Shown here: positions 17,648 through 27,717 of the stretch, piece after piece | Numbering within the stretch: the stretch's first letter is position 1 | Layout of the letters: each line of letters begins with the position of its first letter | NCBI GenBank assembly: GCA_903830945.1 | Contig: CAIKVT010000058.1 | Location: 75,487 to 139,486 of the forward strand | Source of the DNA: an uncultured Elusimicrobia bacterium | GTDB lineage: Bacteria; Elusimicrobiota; Elusimicrobia; UBA1565; UBA9628 | Direction: 5' to 3' | DNA: 64,000 nt | Program-made: the position numbers and the translations under genes | Notes under the pieces: generated by a model | Database searches by the model: none | Seen by the model: only the letters and a program-made list of their open reading frames with translations | What the model was told of the DNA's origin: nothing

Positions 17648-20600
17648 GTGCCTACACTGGACCAAGCGGACCGTGACGCCGCGCGCAGCCGTCTCGATTG
17701 CAATGTCGTGGTCGTAGCTGGCGCCGGTACCGGCAAGACCACCCTCCTGACCGACCGGATCCTCTTCAACCTCCTGGGGCGCCAGAGCCCTCTGCCCATC
17801 ACCGCGCTGGTGGCTTTGACCTTCACCGAGAAAGCCGCGGGTGAGATCCGGCTGCGTTTGGCCGAGAGGCTTCTGGAGCTGGTGACGCTGTTAAGCCGCG
17901 GGTCTCTGGGGGAGAAGGCCCGCAAGCGGGCCGAGACTGTCCTTGAGGAGCTGCGCTCTCATTTCGGCAGGACCGATGGGGAAGTCCTGGAGCGCGCGCG
18001 CGCGGCTTTGGAGGACCTTGACAAGGCCCAGATCGGGACCATCCACGCCTTCGCGGCGCATCTCTTGCGACTCTATCCTCTGCAGGCCGGCATGGACCCC
18101 GGGTTCCGGGTCGACGAAGGCTCGCAGTTCGAGGAGCTCTTTGAGACCCGGTGGTCCCAGTGGCTCGACATGGAGTTGGGCGAAGAGGTCTGCGATGGCA
18201 GGAGAGAAGAGTGGCTTGCGGTTCTGCGTTGGGCGCCGCTTGAAGATCTAGAGGAGCTCGCGCGTGGGTTGGCCGGCGCGCCCGTGGACCTCGCTGGTGT
18301 CGGTCGGTCGGACCCGGAGGCGCCGCAGCGCCTGGCGGAACTGGCGCGGGTCTTGCGCCAGGCTCATCAGGGACAGCCTCCTAGCCGCGGCAAGATACTG
18401 GAGGCGCTCTCGGGTCTGGCAGGCCATCTGGAAAGGCTCTCCGAGGCCGCGGCTTGCGATGATCCGCCCTTGGCGCGGCCCCGGACCATGGAACTTCCCC
18501 AGTCTAAATGGCCCGCCGGCTGGGATGGCGCCTGCGCCCCGGCCTACGAGAGCGCTCAGAGGATTGCGGCCGATGCTTCGGCAGAGAGCGAGGCCTTGGT
18601 GCGCCGCGCCGGCCGTCTGGTGGCGCCCTTCGCCGAAGCCTTCCGCCGGAGTTACACGCGCGCGGGGCTGGTGTCTTTCGACGGGCTCCTGCTCAAGGCC
18701 CGGGATCTGGTCCGGGACGACCTTGCCGTGCGCGAGGAACTCAAGGCCAAGTACCAGACCTTCCTGATCGACGAGTTCCAGGACACGGATCCCCTGCAGG
18801 GCGAACTTCTGTTGTTTTTGGCTGAGGTGCGCGGAGGCCGCGCCCGGTGTTGGGATCAAGTGCGGCCCGGGCCGGGGCGCCTTTTCATCGTCGGCGACCC
18901 CAAGCAGTCCATCTACCGCTTCCGGGGCGCGGACATTGCGGCTTATCAGGGCATCACGGAGCATCTGCTCCGGGGCGGGGCGGCGCTCCTCTGCGAACTT
19001 AAGAATAATTTCCGCAGCACGGCCGGCGTCCTGGCCCCGGTCAATGCGATCTTTCCAAAGCTCATGCGCCGCAAGGAAGGTTCACAGCCCGACTATATCC
19101 CTATCTCCGCCAGTGTCGATACAGCAGAGTCCGGCCCTGCCGTTGAACTTGTTATGGTAGGGCCGGCGCGCGAGGGGGGTGAGGAGCCCGACGCCTTGAC
19201 CAGCCATAAGACGCAGGCCGGCTGGATCGCCGGTTGGATCGCCTCACAGTGTTCTGTTCCGGGAGGCCGGCGTTTCAAGGACGTGGCCGTGCTTATGCGA
19301 ACTTCCAGCGCCCTGGCCCCGCTGCTGGAGGCCTTCAAGGCTGCGGATGTTCCTTACGTCGTCGAGATGGAGAAGCTCTTCTACAACAGCCAGGAGGTCA
19401 TCGACTTGTTGAACCTTCTGCGCGTTCTCGATGACCCCGAGGACCGGCTTGCTCTGGCGGGCCTCCTGCGTTCTCCGTTCATGGGATTGGCCGATGAGGA
19501 TCTGCGCCTTTGGGCCGTCGCGGGCAAGCCAGGCTATCAGGAAGATCCACCGGCGTCTTGGCCTGCGGCTGAGAAGCGGCGTCTCAGCGGGCTCTTCGCG
19601 CTCTTGCGCGGCCTGCGTGGTCGCGTGGGCCGCGCGCCATTGGGCGAGCTCGTCTGCGCCGCTCTTGAAGAGACGCCCCTGCTCGTGGCTGCGGCCAGGG
19701 CTTATCACGGTCAGCAGAGCGTCTCCAATCTGCTTAAGTTCTCCCGCCTGGCGGCCGGGGCAGGCGACGAGCGGGGGCTGACCTTGAAGGAGTTCATCGC
19801 CCTGGTGGCTCGGGCCATGGACGAGTCTCGGGCCGAGGGCGAGAGCCCTCTGGCCGACGAGCACTTGGACGCCGTGCGGGTGCTCTCCATCCATAAGGCT
19901 AAGGGCTTGGAATTCTCGGCGGTGCTTGTCTATAACCTTTCGGGCGGCAGCGTCCACGGGGGCGGCGGCCAGGCCGTGCTGACTGATTGGCGCACGGGTC
20001 GAGCCGGCCTGAGTCTGCCGCGCTGCGGAATTTGCGACGCGGCGCGGGCGCTGCTGGAGGACCGGGAGCGGCAGCGCCGGCAAGACGAGACCGTGCGCTT
20101 GCTCTATGTGGCGCTCACGCGCGCCAAAGAGAAGCTGATCCTGTTGGGCGCGCAGAAGGCGGACGCGGGCACCTTGGCCCGGCTTCTGCGCGAGGCAGGG
20201 GCCTGGCCCGCGGCCGACGAGACGATCCTGACGCTCAGCGGCGCCGGCCCGCTGCCGGTGCATGTCATCCCGGCCGATTCGGGCGCGTCCCGTCCCGACC
20301 GGTTGGGCCTTTCAGGGCTTAAGTGCACGCATCTGTTGCCTGACGAAAAGACCTTGGCGCGAGTCCGGGCCGAGAGGCTGGGGCGGCGCGATGAGACAGC
20401 GGCGCGCAGCTGGATCCGGACTGCGACCGGGTATTTGCGGGAGGGCGGCCATGACAGCGCTCGGCAAGCCGGCCCCGCCGGTTTTGGGCTGGGTTCCTTG
20501 GTGGGACAGCTCTGCCATAAGGTCCTGGCGCTCTGGGATTTTGGCAAATCAGTCGACCCGGCTCAAGCCGTGGCCGCGGCCTGCCGCAGTCTGGCAGCCG

Positions 20601-20962
20601 CTCAGCCCGAGGCCGACTGGGCTGCGGCTCGCGGCGAGGCCGAGGACATCTTGAGAGTATTCTTGGGCTCACAGGCCGCCCGGGAGCTGGCTTCAGCCGA
20701 GATCCTGGGGCGGGAACTGCCCTTCGTCTACGGCGAAGGGGGGGCCGTTGTGCGGGGGACCATCGACCTGGTCTTTCGTAAGGACGGGCGCGTAGTGGTG
20801 GCTGATTTCAAGAGCGAAGCCGTGACTGTGCGGAGCCTGAGCGTGTCGCGCGAGAAGTACCGGCGCCAAGGCGAGGATTATCGCGCGGCCGTGGCGCGGG
20901 CCTGGGGGCTCGCGGACGTGGAATTCCGGCTGATCTTCTTGAGAAACCCGGACCTGGCCTGA
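17648..20962 (+). CDS. addA: UvrD-family helicase with C-terminal PD-(D/E)xK nuclease (AddA/RecB-like)
   Basis: AGAGTGKT, TFTEKAAGE, TIHAF, IDEFQDT, VGDPKQSIYRFRGAD, SIHKAKGLEF, LLYVALTRA, RGTIDLV..ADFKS. Confidence 0.88.
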   Translation: MPTLDQADRDAARSRLDCNVVVVAGAGTGKTTLLTDRILFNLLGRQSPLPITALVALTFTEKAAGEIRLRLAERLLELVTLLSRGSLGEKARKRAETVLEELRSHFGRTDGEVLERARAALEDLDKAQIGTIHAFAAHLLRLYPLQAGMDPGFRVDEGSQFEELFETRWSQWLDMELGEEVCDGRREEWLAVLRWAPLEDLEELARGLAGAPVDLAGVGRSDPEAPQRLAELARVLRQAHQGQPPSRGKILEALSGLAGHLERLSEAAACDDPPLARPRTMELPQSKWPAGWDGACAPAYESAQRIAADASAESEALVRRAGRLVAPFAEAFRRSYTRAGLVSFDGLLLKARDLVRDDLAVREELKAKYQTFLIDEFQDTDPLQGELLLFLAEVRGGRARCWDQVRPGPGRLFIVGDPKQSIYRFRGADIAAYQGITEHLLRGGAALLCELKNNFRSTAGVLAPVNAIFPKLMRRKEGSQPDYIPISASVDTAESGPAVELVMVGPAREGGEEPDALTSHKTQAGWIAGWIASQCSVPGGRRFKDVAVLMRTSSALAPLLEAFKAADVPYVVEMEKLFYNSQEVIDLLNLLRVLDDPEDRLALAGLLRSPFMGLADEDLRLWAVAGKPGYQEDPPASWPAAEKRRLSGLFALLRGLRGRVGRAPLGELVCAALEETPLLVAAARAYHGQQSVSNLLKFSRLAAGAGDERGLTLKEFIALVARAMDESRAEGESPLADEHLDAVRVLSIHKAKGLEFSAVLVYNLSGGSVHGGGGQAVLTDWRTGRAGLSLPRCGICDAARALLEDRERQRRQDETVRLLYVALTRAKEKLILLGAQKADAGTLARLLREAGAWPAADETILTLSGAGPLPVHVIPADSGASRPDRLGLSGLKCTHLLPDEKTLARVRAERLGRRDETAARSWIRTATGYLREGGHDSARQAGPAGFGLGSLVGQLCHKVLALWDFGKSVDPAQAVAAACRSLAAAQPEADWAAARGEAEDILRVFLGSQAARELASAEILGRELPFVYGEGGAVVRGTIDLVFRKDGRVVVADFKSEAVTVRSLSVSREKYRRQGEDYRAAVARAWGLADVEFRLIFLRNPDLA

Positions 20963-20975
20963 GCCTACCGCCTGC

Positions 20976-21845
20976 TTATTTGGTGTCCTGCAGGTTGAGG
21001 ATGAGACCTTGGCTCTGAGGCACAACCATGACCTTGAAGTCCTTTTTCTCCAGCATCTCGATGGTGCGCAGTTGCAGGTAGCTCTTGGCCGATGACAGGG
21101 CGTCGTTCTTGATCTTGATGGCCATGGCTTCCTGCTTGGCCTGCTCCACCTCGAACTGCTTGCGCTGGATGGCCTGCTGGGCCGCGACTTTCTCCTCGAT
21201 GGAGTGCTGGTAGGAGGGGGTCAGGTGTACGTCGCGCAGGAAGACACCGTCGCCGTCGAGGACGAAGAACCCGTCGTCGCTGAAGGACTTGGCGATGAGT
21301 TCTTTGATCTTATCCTGGACTTCGGTGCGCTTGGGGCCGTAGAGCTCAGGCGCGGTGTATTTGGCTGTCATGAGGCGCACGGCGTTGCGGATGATGGGCC
21401 GGATGACATGTTCCTCGCACCAGTCTTGGTCTCCTAGCTTGAGATAGACTTTGCCCGCGGTGTCCAAGGGGATGCGGTACCAGACCGTGATGTCGAGGCC
21501 CACGGCGTTGCCGTCCGCGGTCGGTGACCAGTTAGTGTCGGACTGGCCCTGGACCTGGCCCTCATCGGTCCTCATGGACATCGTGTAGTCTTTGCGACGG
21601 CAGTCATAGATGATCACGCTGTTGATGATCGGTACGCGCAGCTGCCAGCCTTGCTTGAGGGTGGTCGTGCTGACTTTGCCGGAGAGCTTATTGAAGAGCA
21701 CGCCTTCGTGTCCGGCCGGAATGAAGACCACGGCCGACCAGAGCAGGACGAGACCGGCTGCGACCAGAACGGCACTGAGCACGGTCCGTGCGTGCCGGGC
21801 CATCATCTCCCGCGGGTCCAAGTCGCCTTCTTCCCATTGTGCCAT
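20976..21845 (-). CDS. SPFH/prohibitin (band 7) family protein
   Basis: N-terminal TM, IPAGHEGVLFNK, LDITVWY, LRDVHL, SIEEKVAAQQ coiled coil; AGGAGG RBS. Confidence 0.88.
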   Translation of the reverse strand: MAQWEEGDLDPREMMARHARTVLSAVLVAAGLVLLWSAVVFIPAGHEGVLFNKLSGKVSTTTLKQGWQLRVPIINSVIIYDCRRKDYTMSMRTDEGQVQGQSDTNWSPTADGNAVGLDITVWYRIPLDTAGKVYLKLGDQDWCEEHVIRPIIRNAVRLMTAKYTAPELYGPKRTEVQDKIKELIAKSFSDDGFFVLDGDGVFLRDVHLTPSYQHSIEEKVAAQQAIQRKQFEVEQAKQEAMAIKIKNDALSSAKSYLQLRTIEMLEKKDFKVMVVPQSQGLILNLQDTK

Positions 21846-21967
21846 AGAGCCTCCTGAAAATAGTCCTGCTTACGGTATGGTACAAAAGAGGAATGGGGGA
21901 TGGGGGGCCGTTGACGTTTTTTCGAGGCCCCGGCTGGTCACGCAGCTTTTTGTGAAGTGGCGAATAT

Positions 21968-23821
21968 CTAGCGGAGGATGATGTCGATCCGGGCCTGGCG
22001 GGCCTGCGGGGCGTCCACGACCAGGATGTCATCGACGCAAGAGACCCGGACCGCACGATCTGTAGCCGTGCAGGAGCGCAGTGGGCCGCTGGCCTGGAAG
22101 GACAAAGCCGGACTGCCCGCGGGCAGGTCGAGGCTCAGGACGATCTCTTTGGCGCGCGGCCCCGGGGCGAAGGAGAAGCGCGTCTGCGAGCGGGCCAGCC
22201 AGAATCGCGCCGCAACCCGCATGGTCATCAGCGTGTACTCCCGGGGCAGGCTCGTCAGGACCTGGCGCAGCAGCTCGGTTTGTTCCGGCCGGCCGTCCGG
22301 CGTGAGGGACCAAACGATCCAGCCGTCGTGCTGGGTGATGAGGCGCGCCGTGTCGAGGAGGGCTGATGAGGTGAGGGGTGGTGCGGGCCGGCGGGGTTCC
22401 GCGAAGGTGATGGGCAGCTCGATTAGGTCCGTTTCGCGGGTCATGGCCCGCCAGGACACAAGCCGGAAAGGCAGATGGGTCATCATCCCGTTGGCTGATA
22501 GGCTCGAGTCGTAGGCGTAGCCCGTGCGGGTCAGGGCCCAGTCCAAAGCCGGCGGATAGCTGAAATCAGGGGAACGGAAGCCGGCCACGGCGCCCGAGGA
22601 GAGCGTGCCGTCGAGGATGGCCTTGCTGACCTTGAGTTCGCCGAGTAAAGAGGCGTTGCGTGTAAAGCCTCGGACGTCCACATTGGGCCGGTAGGCGCGC
22701 GGGTCTAAAGGCGCGGGGTTCAAGGGCAGGGATTCGAAATCCGGACTGCAGGCCACGGAATGGCTGCCGATCTCATGGCCGGTCCGCGCTAGCTGTAGGG
22801 CCAGTCCGCGCAGCCGGGCATCGAAGAATTGGCTGGAGGAATCACTGGCCGCGACGCTGGTCTGAAAGAACCATGTGGCCCTGACGAGGCGGGCGGATTC
22901 TAGGGCCGAGAACTCCTCGGCTTGGGACACGCTGGCGCCGGGACCGAAGGAGTGGCTTAAAAGGAAGACGCCGCGGGCCCGGCCCGGGGCCGTGCGCAGG
23001 CGCAGCCAGAAGGGTTGGGCAGCTTCGTACCAGGCTCGGAACATGAGCGGCCAGACGTCAGAGCCCGGCTCGAAGCCGTTGGTGACGCTGCGGTGGGCGT
23101 CGAAGTCCCGCCCGGATTGGGGCCGCACGAAGAGGTCGCGCAGCTGGACGCCGATGGTGTAGACGCGGCCCGCGCCCAGGCGGTGGAGCACCAGGGCGGG
23201 TTCTTTGGTGTTCGTGAAGCTCGCCAGGACCTGGGTATCGGAGCCTGGCGCCGGGAAGAGAGCCGCGCTCCAGGGCCCTTCCCGGACCCGGGACGAGGCC
23301 AGTGGGACCTCCAGCTCTTGGGGCTGGTCGAATAAGGCCGGCCCGGGATCGGTCTTGGCCTGTAAGGTGAGCCCGCGCCGGGCGCGGGAGGCTCGGCTGC
23401 GCACCAGGCCGGTGAGCTCCGGCCAGAGATCGGCGGACGGCATCTGGAGGATGAGGACGCCTCCGTCCGAGACGTACTGTCGCAATGCCTCCCGCCCGGT
23501 GGGCGGCAGGCGCGTGGAACGGTCGTCTAAAGGGATGAAGATCACGCGGTGACGCACCGCAGCCTGGGCGTCCCGGGTCACAGTGAATGGCAGGCCGGCC
23601 GCCTGCAGGACGCGGGCTGCCGCGAAGGCCTGTTGGCTTTGGCTCAGCATGAGCACCGCGACCTGCGCCGGCATGAGGTCAGGATGGTCCTTGATGAGTT
23701 CCTCGTTGGGGGAGGCCAGGGCGTCGGGCGGGACCTCTTGGGTGGAGTGGACGGGCCGGTTAAGCCGCCAGAGGCCCAGCAGGATGATGGACAGGACGAT
23801 GAAGAAGGTCAGTCTTCTCAT
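21968..23821 (-). CDS. Polysaccharide deacetylase (CE4/NodB-like) domain protein, degenerate active site
   Basis: N-terminal anchor, ATWFFQT, HEIGSHSVAC, GELKVSK, GFRSP, YAYDSS; paralog of 27718-29631. Confidence 0.75.
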   Translation of the reverse strand: MRRLTFFIVLSIILLGLWRLNRPVHSTQEVPPDALASPNEELIKDHPDLMPAQVAVLMLSQSQQAFAAARVLQAAGLPFTVTRDAQAAVRHRVIFIPLDDRSTRLPPTGREALRQYVSDGGVLILQMPSADLWPELTGLVRSRASRARRGLTLQAKTDPGPALFDQPQELEVPLASSRVREGPWSAALFPAPGSDTQVLASFTNTKEPALVLHRLGAGRVYTIGVQLRDLFVRPQSGRDFDAHRSVTNGFEPGSDVWPLMFRAWYEAAQPFWLRLRTAPGRARGVFLLSHSFGPGASVSQAEEFSALESARLVRATWFFQTSVAASDSSSQFFDARLRGLALQLARTGHEIGSHSVACSPDFESLPLNPAPLDPRAYRPNVDVRGFTRNASLLGELKVSKAILDGTLSSGAVAGFRSPDFSYPPALDWALTRTGYAYDSSLSANGMMTHLPFRLVSWRAMTRETDLIELPITFAEPRRPAPPLTSSALLDTARLITQHDGWIVWSLTPDGRPEQTELLRQVLTSLPREYTLMTMRVAARFWLARSQTRFSFAPGPRAKEIVLSLDLPAGSPALSFQASGPLRSCTATDRAVRVSCVDDILVVDAPQARQARIDIILR

Positions 23822-25236
23822 TTTCGTTGAGCCATGCCTCTGCGCTCCATGCGTCCCCAGGAGCCGATGTGGAAGACATAGTCCCAGGTGCCCAGGATGC
23901 GCAGGATCGAGGTGAGCTGTCGGTATCCGAAGTTCTCAAGGCAGGCATAGAGGGTCAGGGCGAGCCACTGCCGGTACTTCGGGTAGGGCCGCGGCGTCAT
24001 CTCGCCGAGCAGCACCCCGGTCAAAGACAGAACCATGCCGCAGAAGAAGGCGGCCGCAAAGAAGGCCAGGGCGAAATCCGTCGAGACGGCCCCGACCCAC
24101 CAGCTCCAGGCGAAGAGGACGTAGCCTAGCAGCTCGATGATCACTCCCCAGCCTTCGAAGAGGAGCAGGAAGGGGTAGGCGAACATCCCCAGCGCGCCGA
24201 AGCGGGGGTTGAGGAACATCTCGTCGTGCTGGCCCAGCACCTCTAGGCAGCCTTTCTGCCAGCGCCGGCGTTGGCGGCTGAGCACGGTGATGTTGGACGG
24301 GACTTCGGTCCAGCAGACCGGGTCGGGGATGAACTGGATGGCGTAGTCGGTGTCGCCCTGCAGGCGCATGTGGGAGTGGAGGCGGGTGACCAGGTCCATG
24401 TCTTCGCCCACTGTCCCGGGTCGGTAGCCGCCGATGGCTATGACCGGGTCCTTCTCGAAAGTGCCGAACGCCCCGGAGATGATCATGAGCGCGTTGAAGC
24501 GGGAGAAACCGGTGCGCCCGCACAGGAAGGCTCGAAAGTACTCGATGACCTGGAAGGCCACCAAGGGGTTGAGACTCATCACCACTTCGACGACGCGGCC
24601 CTTCTCCACGCGGCAGCCGTTGGCTACACGGATGATTCCGCCGACCGCGATGACGCGACGGTCCGACTCCATGATGGGCTGGATGACGCTCTGCAGGGCG
24701 TCCGGCTCCAGGATGACGTCGGCGTCGATGGAGCAGAAGTAGGGGTGCAGCGAGAAATTCAAGCCCGCGTTAAGGGCGTCGGATTTTCCGCCGTTCTCCT
24801 TATCCACCACGGTGAGGTTGTGATGTGTGCGGGACTTGTAGGCCTGGCGTACCAGCCGCGTGGGCAGGCTGCCGACGTCTTCGACTTCGGTGGGGTAGAG
24901 CTGGAAGGCATGCTCCAGCTCGGCGAAGGTCCGGTCTTGGGAGCCGTCGTTGACCACGATGACCTCGTAGCGCATGTAGTCGAGGTGCAGGAGATTGCTG
25001 ACGGTGAGCGCGATGCCGACTTCCTCGTTGTAGGCGGGCACGATGACCGAGATGGGCGGGGTCAGGGGGCTGCGGATGAGCTGCGCGTAGCCGCCGTAGT
25101 TGCGCCGCAGCAGGTGCCGGTACACGGCCTGGAAAGCGAGCAGGGATATGATCAGGTATACGCCGTTGAGGATGAGGAAGTAATAGACCATCACAACATC
25201 CGTCATGTAGAGCAGCGCCGGCGCGTATTCGTTCAC
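23818..25236 (-). CDS. Processive GT2 glycosyltransferase (PgaC/IcaA/YaiP-like)
   Basis: VIVPAYNEE, VNDGS, GGKSDALN, IDAD, GEDMDL, QRRRW plus TM helices; GTG start overlaps the upstream stop. Confidence 0.92.
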   Translation of the reverse strand: MNEYAPALLYMTDVVMVYYFLILNGVYLIISLLAFQAVYRHLLRRNYGGYAQLIRSPLTPPISVIVPAYNEEVGIALTVSNLLHLDYMRYEVIVVNDGSQDRTFAELEHAFQLYPTEVEDVGSLPTRLVRQAYKSRTHHNLTVVDKENGGKSDALNAGLNFSLHPYFCSIDADVILEPDALQSVIQPIMESDRRVIAVGGIIRVANGCRVEKGRVVEVVMSLNPLVAFQVIEYFRAFLCGRTGFSRFNALMIISGAFGTFEKDPVIAIGGYRPGTVGEDMDLVTRLHSHMRLQGDTDYAIQFIPDPVCWTEVPSNITVLSRQRRRWQKGCLEVLGQHDEMFLNPRFGALGMFAYPFLLLFEGWGVIIELLGYVLFAWSWWVGAVSTDFALAFFAAAFFCGMVLSLTGVLLGEMTPRPYPKYRQWLALTLYACLENFGYRQLTSILRILGTWDYVFHIGSWGRMERRGMAQRK

Positions 25237-25991
25237 GGCTTCTTCTCCCGGAGGGCGTCCGTTGCGGTCTCCTGGAGCAGCTCCTTCATGACGCGGGGTG
25301 GGAAGGCCAGGCGATGGCGGTCGATGAGTTCTTTGATCCGGGGCCCTGAGGCCGGCCCGAACTCCAGCATGAGGGAGGCTAGGCGCGGCAGCATGGCCGG
25401 GGAGAGCCGGTCCGCGGCCTTCACGAAATAGGGTAAAGTGGCGGGGTTGCCGATGGCGGCCAGGGCGCGCAGGGCCACGAGCTTCATGTCCATGGGCTCG
25501 CGATCGAGGATGGCGAGTATGCCTACCACGGCTTGAGGGGCGCGCATGACGCCCAGGACTTCCATGGCGGTGCCGCGGCGCAGCTTGGCGCGGGATTTGA
25601 GGCCGGCGAGGTTGCGCTCTACGAGTCCCAGCCGATGCGCCGCCGTACACAGGGTCACGAAGGGTGGGCCCTTGAGGTGGCGCATGTTGTCCACCATGAC
25701 CTCCTGGACTACGGATTCATCGCCCCAGCGCCGGGGCCGGAGAGCGGCGATCACGTCTTCCAGGGGTTCTTCCATGAGGACTTTCTCGATGGCGGGGTCG
25801 TAAAGCTTGCGGCGGCCGGCGCGATAGCGGGACTGGAAGTACTGGTAGGTCCGAAATAGGATGGTGAATACGAAGAGGGCGAAGGCGATCCAAAACAGGA
25901 CGATGCTGGTGGCTATGACGAAGTTGAAGCTGAGCCGGCCTTCCGTGGCCTTCAGGGACAGCTTGAGGAATTGCTCGTTCCACTTTTCCAT
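25233..25991 (-). CDS. Membrane-anchored HEAT-repeat protein
   Basis: N-terminal TM followed by helical repeats (RRGTAMEVLG, KLVALRALAAIG); typical partner of this GT2 type. Confidence 0.75.
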   Translation of the reverse strand: MEKWNEQFLKLSLKATEGRLSFNFVIATSIVLFWIAFALFVFTILFRTYQYFQSRYRAGRRKLYDPAIEKVLMEEPLEDVIAALRPRRWGDESVVQEVMVDNMRHLKGPPFVTLCTAAHRLGLVERNLAGLKSRAKLRRGTAMEVLGVMRAPQAVVGILAILDREPMDMKLVALRALAAIGNPATLPYFVKAADRLSPAMLPRLASLMLEFGPASGPRIKELIDRHRLAFPPRVMKELLQETATDALREKKP

Positions 25992-25999
25992 GGGGATTC

Positions 26000-26359
26000 T
26001 CAGGGGCGCCTAATCAGGGGGGCGATGGCCGCTTCGAGCTGGGCGGCGTTGAAGGGTTTGATAAGGTAGGCGTCGCCCCCGGCCTGGCGCGCGAATCGCT
26101 CATCCTCGGCGTAAGCTTTGGCAGTTAAGAATACGATGGGGATCTTGACGCCGGCCTGGCGCAGATCGATGCAGGCTTCTATGCCGCTTTTGCCGGGCAT
26201 CATGATATCCATGAGGATGAGGTCGGGGAGGTGCTTCTGGACCAGAGGGACCGCGTCCACACCATCGTCGGCTAGGTGCACATCAAAGCCGCGTTTTTTA
26301 AAGAAGTATTTGAGTAAAATTTGGATGTTGGGGTTATCTTCGAAGATGCAGACTTTCAT
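26000..26359 (-). CDS. Single-domain response regulator (receiver)
   Basis: IFEDN, PDLILMDIMMPG, FLTA, YLIKPF. Confidence 0.92.
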   Translation of the reverse strand: MKVCIFEDNPNIQILLKYFFKKRGFDVHLADDGVDAVPLVQKHLPDLILMDIMMPGKSGIEACIDLRQAGVKIPIVFLTAKAYAEDERFARQAGGDAYLIKPFNAAQLEAAIAPLIRRP

Positions 26360-26464
26360 GGACGTTAGAGATTATATTTTTTTTCATAGTGAGCGGTCCA
26401 GGACCGAAAAAATGTAATATCGTTTTGACCTCCTGGTCGGGAGGGACCAATTCAGGACTGAAGA

Positions 26465-27715
26465 ATGGATAAGGATGCTTTGCTGCAGAATTCAGCGGGC
26501 GGCGCTCTGGCGCGCAGCCAGGCTGAGCAGGCCTGCGAACGCAGGAGGATGGAGGAGTCCCTGCGCGCCAGCGAGCTCAGGCTGCGCACCGTGGTCGACA
26601 AGCTGCCGGTGGGCGTGTGGCTGACCGACGTGCAGGGCAAGATCGTCTTGTGCAATCAGGCCGGGGAGGGCATTTGGGGAGGGGTCCGTTTCTCCGGCAT
26701 CGAGCAGTACGGCCAATACCCGGGCTGGTGGCACGACACGGGACGGCGTATCCAGCCTCATGAATGGGCGTCTGTGCGGGCCCTCTCGCGCGGTGAGACT
26801 TACGTCAACGAGGTTATCGACATCGAGACCTCGGACGGACGGCGCAAGACCATTTCCCATTCCGCCATCCCGGTGCGCGACGACGCCAACCAGATCACCG
26901 GCATCGTGGTCATCAACGAGGACATCACCGAGCGCAAGCGCGCCGAGTCGCGGCTGCGCGAGAGCGAGGAGCGCCACCGCCGCATCACCCAGGCTCTCTC
27001 CGACTACGTGTATACGGTCCATGTTCAGGATGGCCGGGCCGTGGCCACGGAGCACGGCGCGGCCTGCGAGGCGGTCACCGGCTATACTCGCGACGATTTT
27101 TCCTCCAACCCCTACCTCTGGCTGCGCATGGTGGTGGAGGCCGATAAGGCCGCGGTGCTCGAGCAGGGCCGGCGCCTGCTGGCCGGGGCTAAGCTGGGTC
27201 CCTTCGAGCACCGCATCGTACGCAAGGACGGCCAGACGCGTTGGGTGTGCAATACTTCGGTGTCCCATTTCGACGCGCAGGGACGGATGCTTTATTATGA
27301 CGGTGTCATTCAGGACATCACGGATCGTAAGGAAGTGGAGGACGCTTTGCGTTTGACTCAGTTCGCCATGGACCATTGCGCCATCCCGGTGCTCTGGATA
27401 GGACCTTCTGGACGCTTCCTTTACGTCAACGAGGCCGCAGCGGAGTCTTTGGGTTATCCCCGCGAACAACTCCTTTATCTCGGCGTGCCCGATATCAACC
27501 CGGACGTCCCGATCGGCCGCTGGTCAGTGCATTGGGCGGAGCTCAAGCGCGAGAAAATATTGCGTTGGGAAGGGCGTCACCGCCGTCAGGACGGCCGGGT
27601 CTTTCCGGTCGAGATCACGGCTAACTACCTGGAGTTTAAAGGCCGCGAGTACGGTTTCAACTTCGTGCGCGACATCACGGAGCGCAAGCGCTCCGCAGAG
27701 CCTCCGGGCAGTTGA
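26465..27715 (+). CDS. PAS-only sensor protein (three PAS/PAC domains, no output domain)
   Basis: Three PAC ends (EDITERK, QDITDRK, RDITERK), then a stop within a few residues. Confidence 0.85.
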   Translation: MDKDALLQNSAGGALARSQAEQACERRRMEESLRASELRLRTVVDKLPVGVWLTDVQGKIVLCNQAGEGIWGGVRFSGIEQYGQYPGWWHDTGRRIQPHEWASVRALSRGETYVNEVIDIETSDGRRKTISHSAIPVRDDANQITGIVVINEDITERKRAESRLRESEERHRRITQALSDYVYTVHVQDGRAVATEHGAACEAVTGYTRDDFSSNPYLWLRMVVEADKAAVLEQGRRLLAGAKLGPFEHRIVRKDGQTRWVCNTSVSHFDAQGRMLYYDGVIQDITDRKEVEDALRLTQFAMDHCAIPVLWIGPSGRFLYVNEAAAESLGYPREQLLYLGVPDINPDVPIGRWSVHWAELKREKILRWEGRHRRQDGRVFPVEITANYLEFKGREYGFNFVRDITERKRSAEPPGS

Positions 27716-27717
27716 AT

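Noticed and set aside
25237-25650. N-terminal extension of the GT2 ORF
   Set aside because: Shadow frame of the HEAT gene; GTG at 25236 overlaps the HEAT stop.
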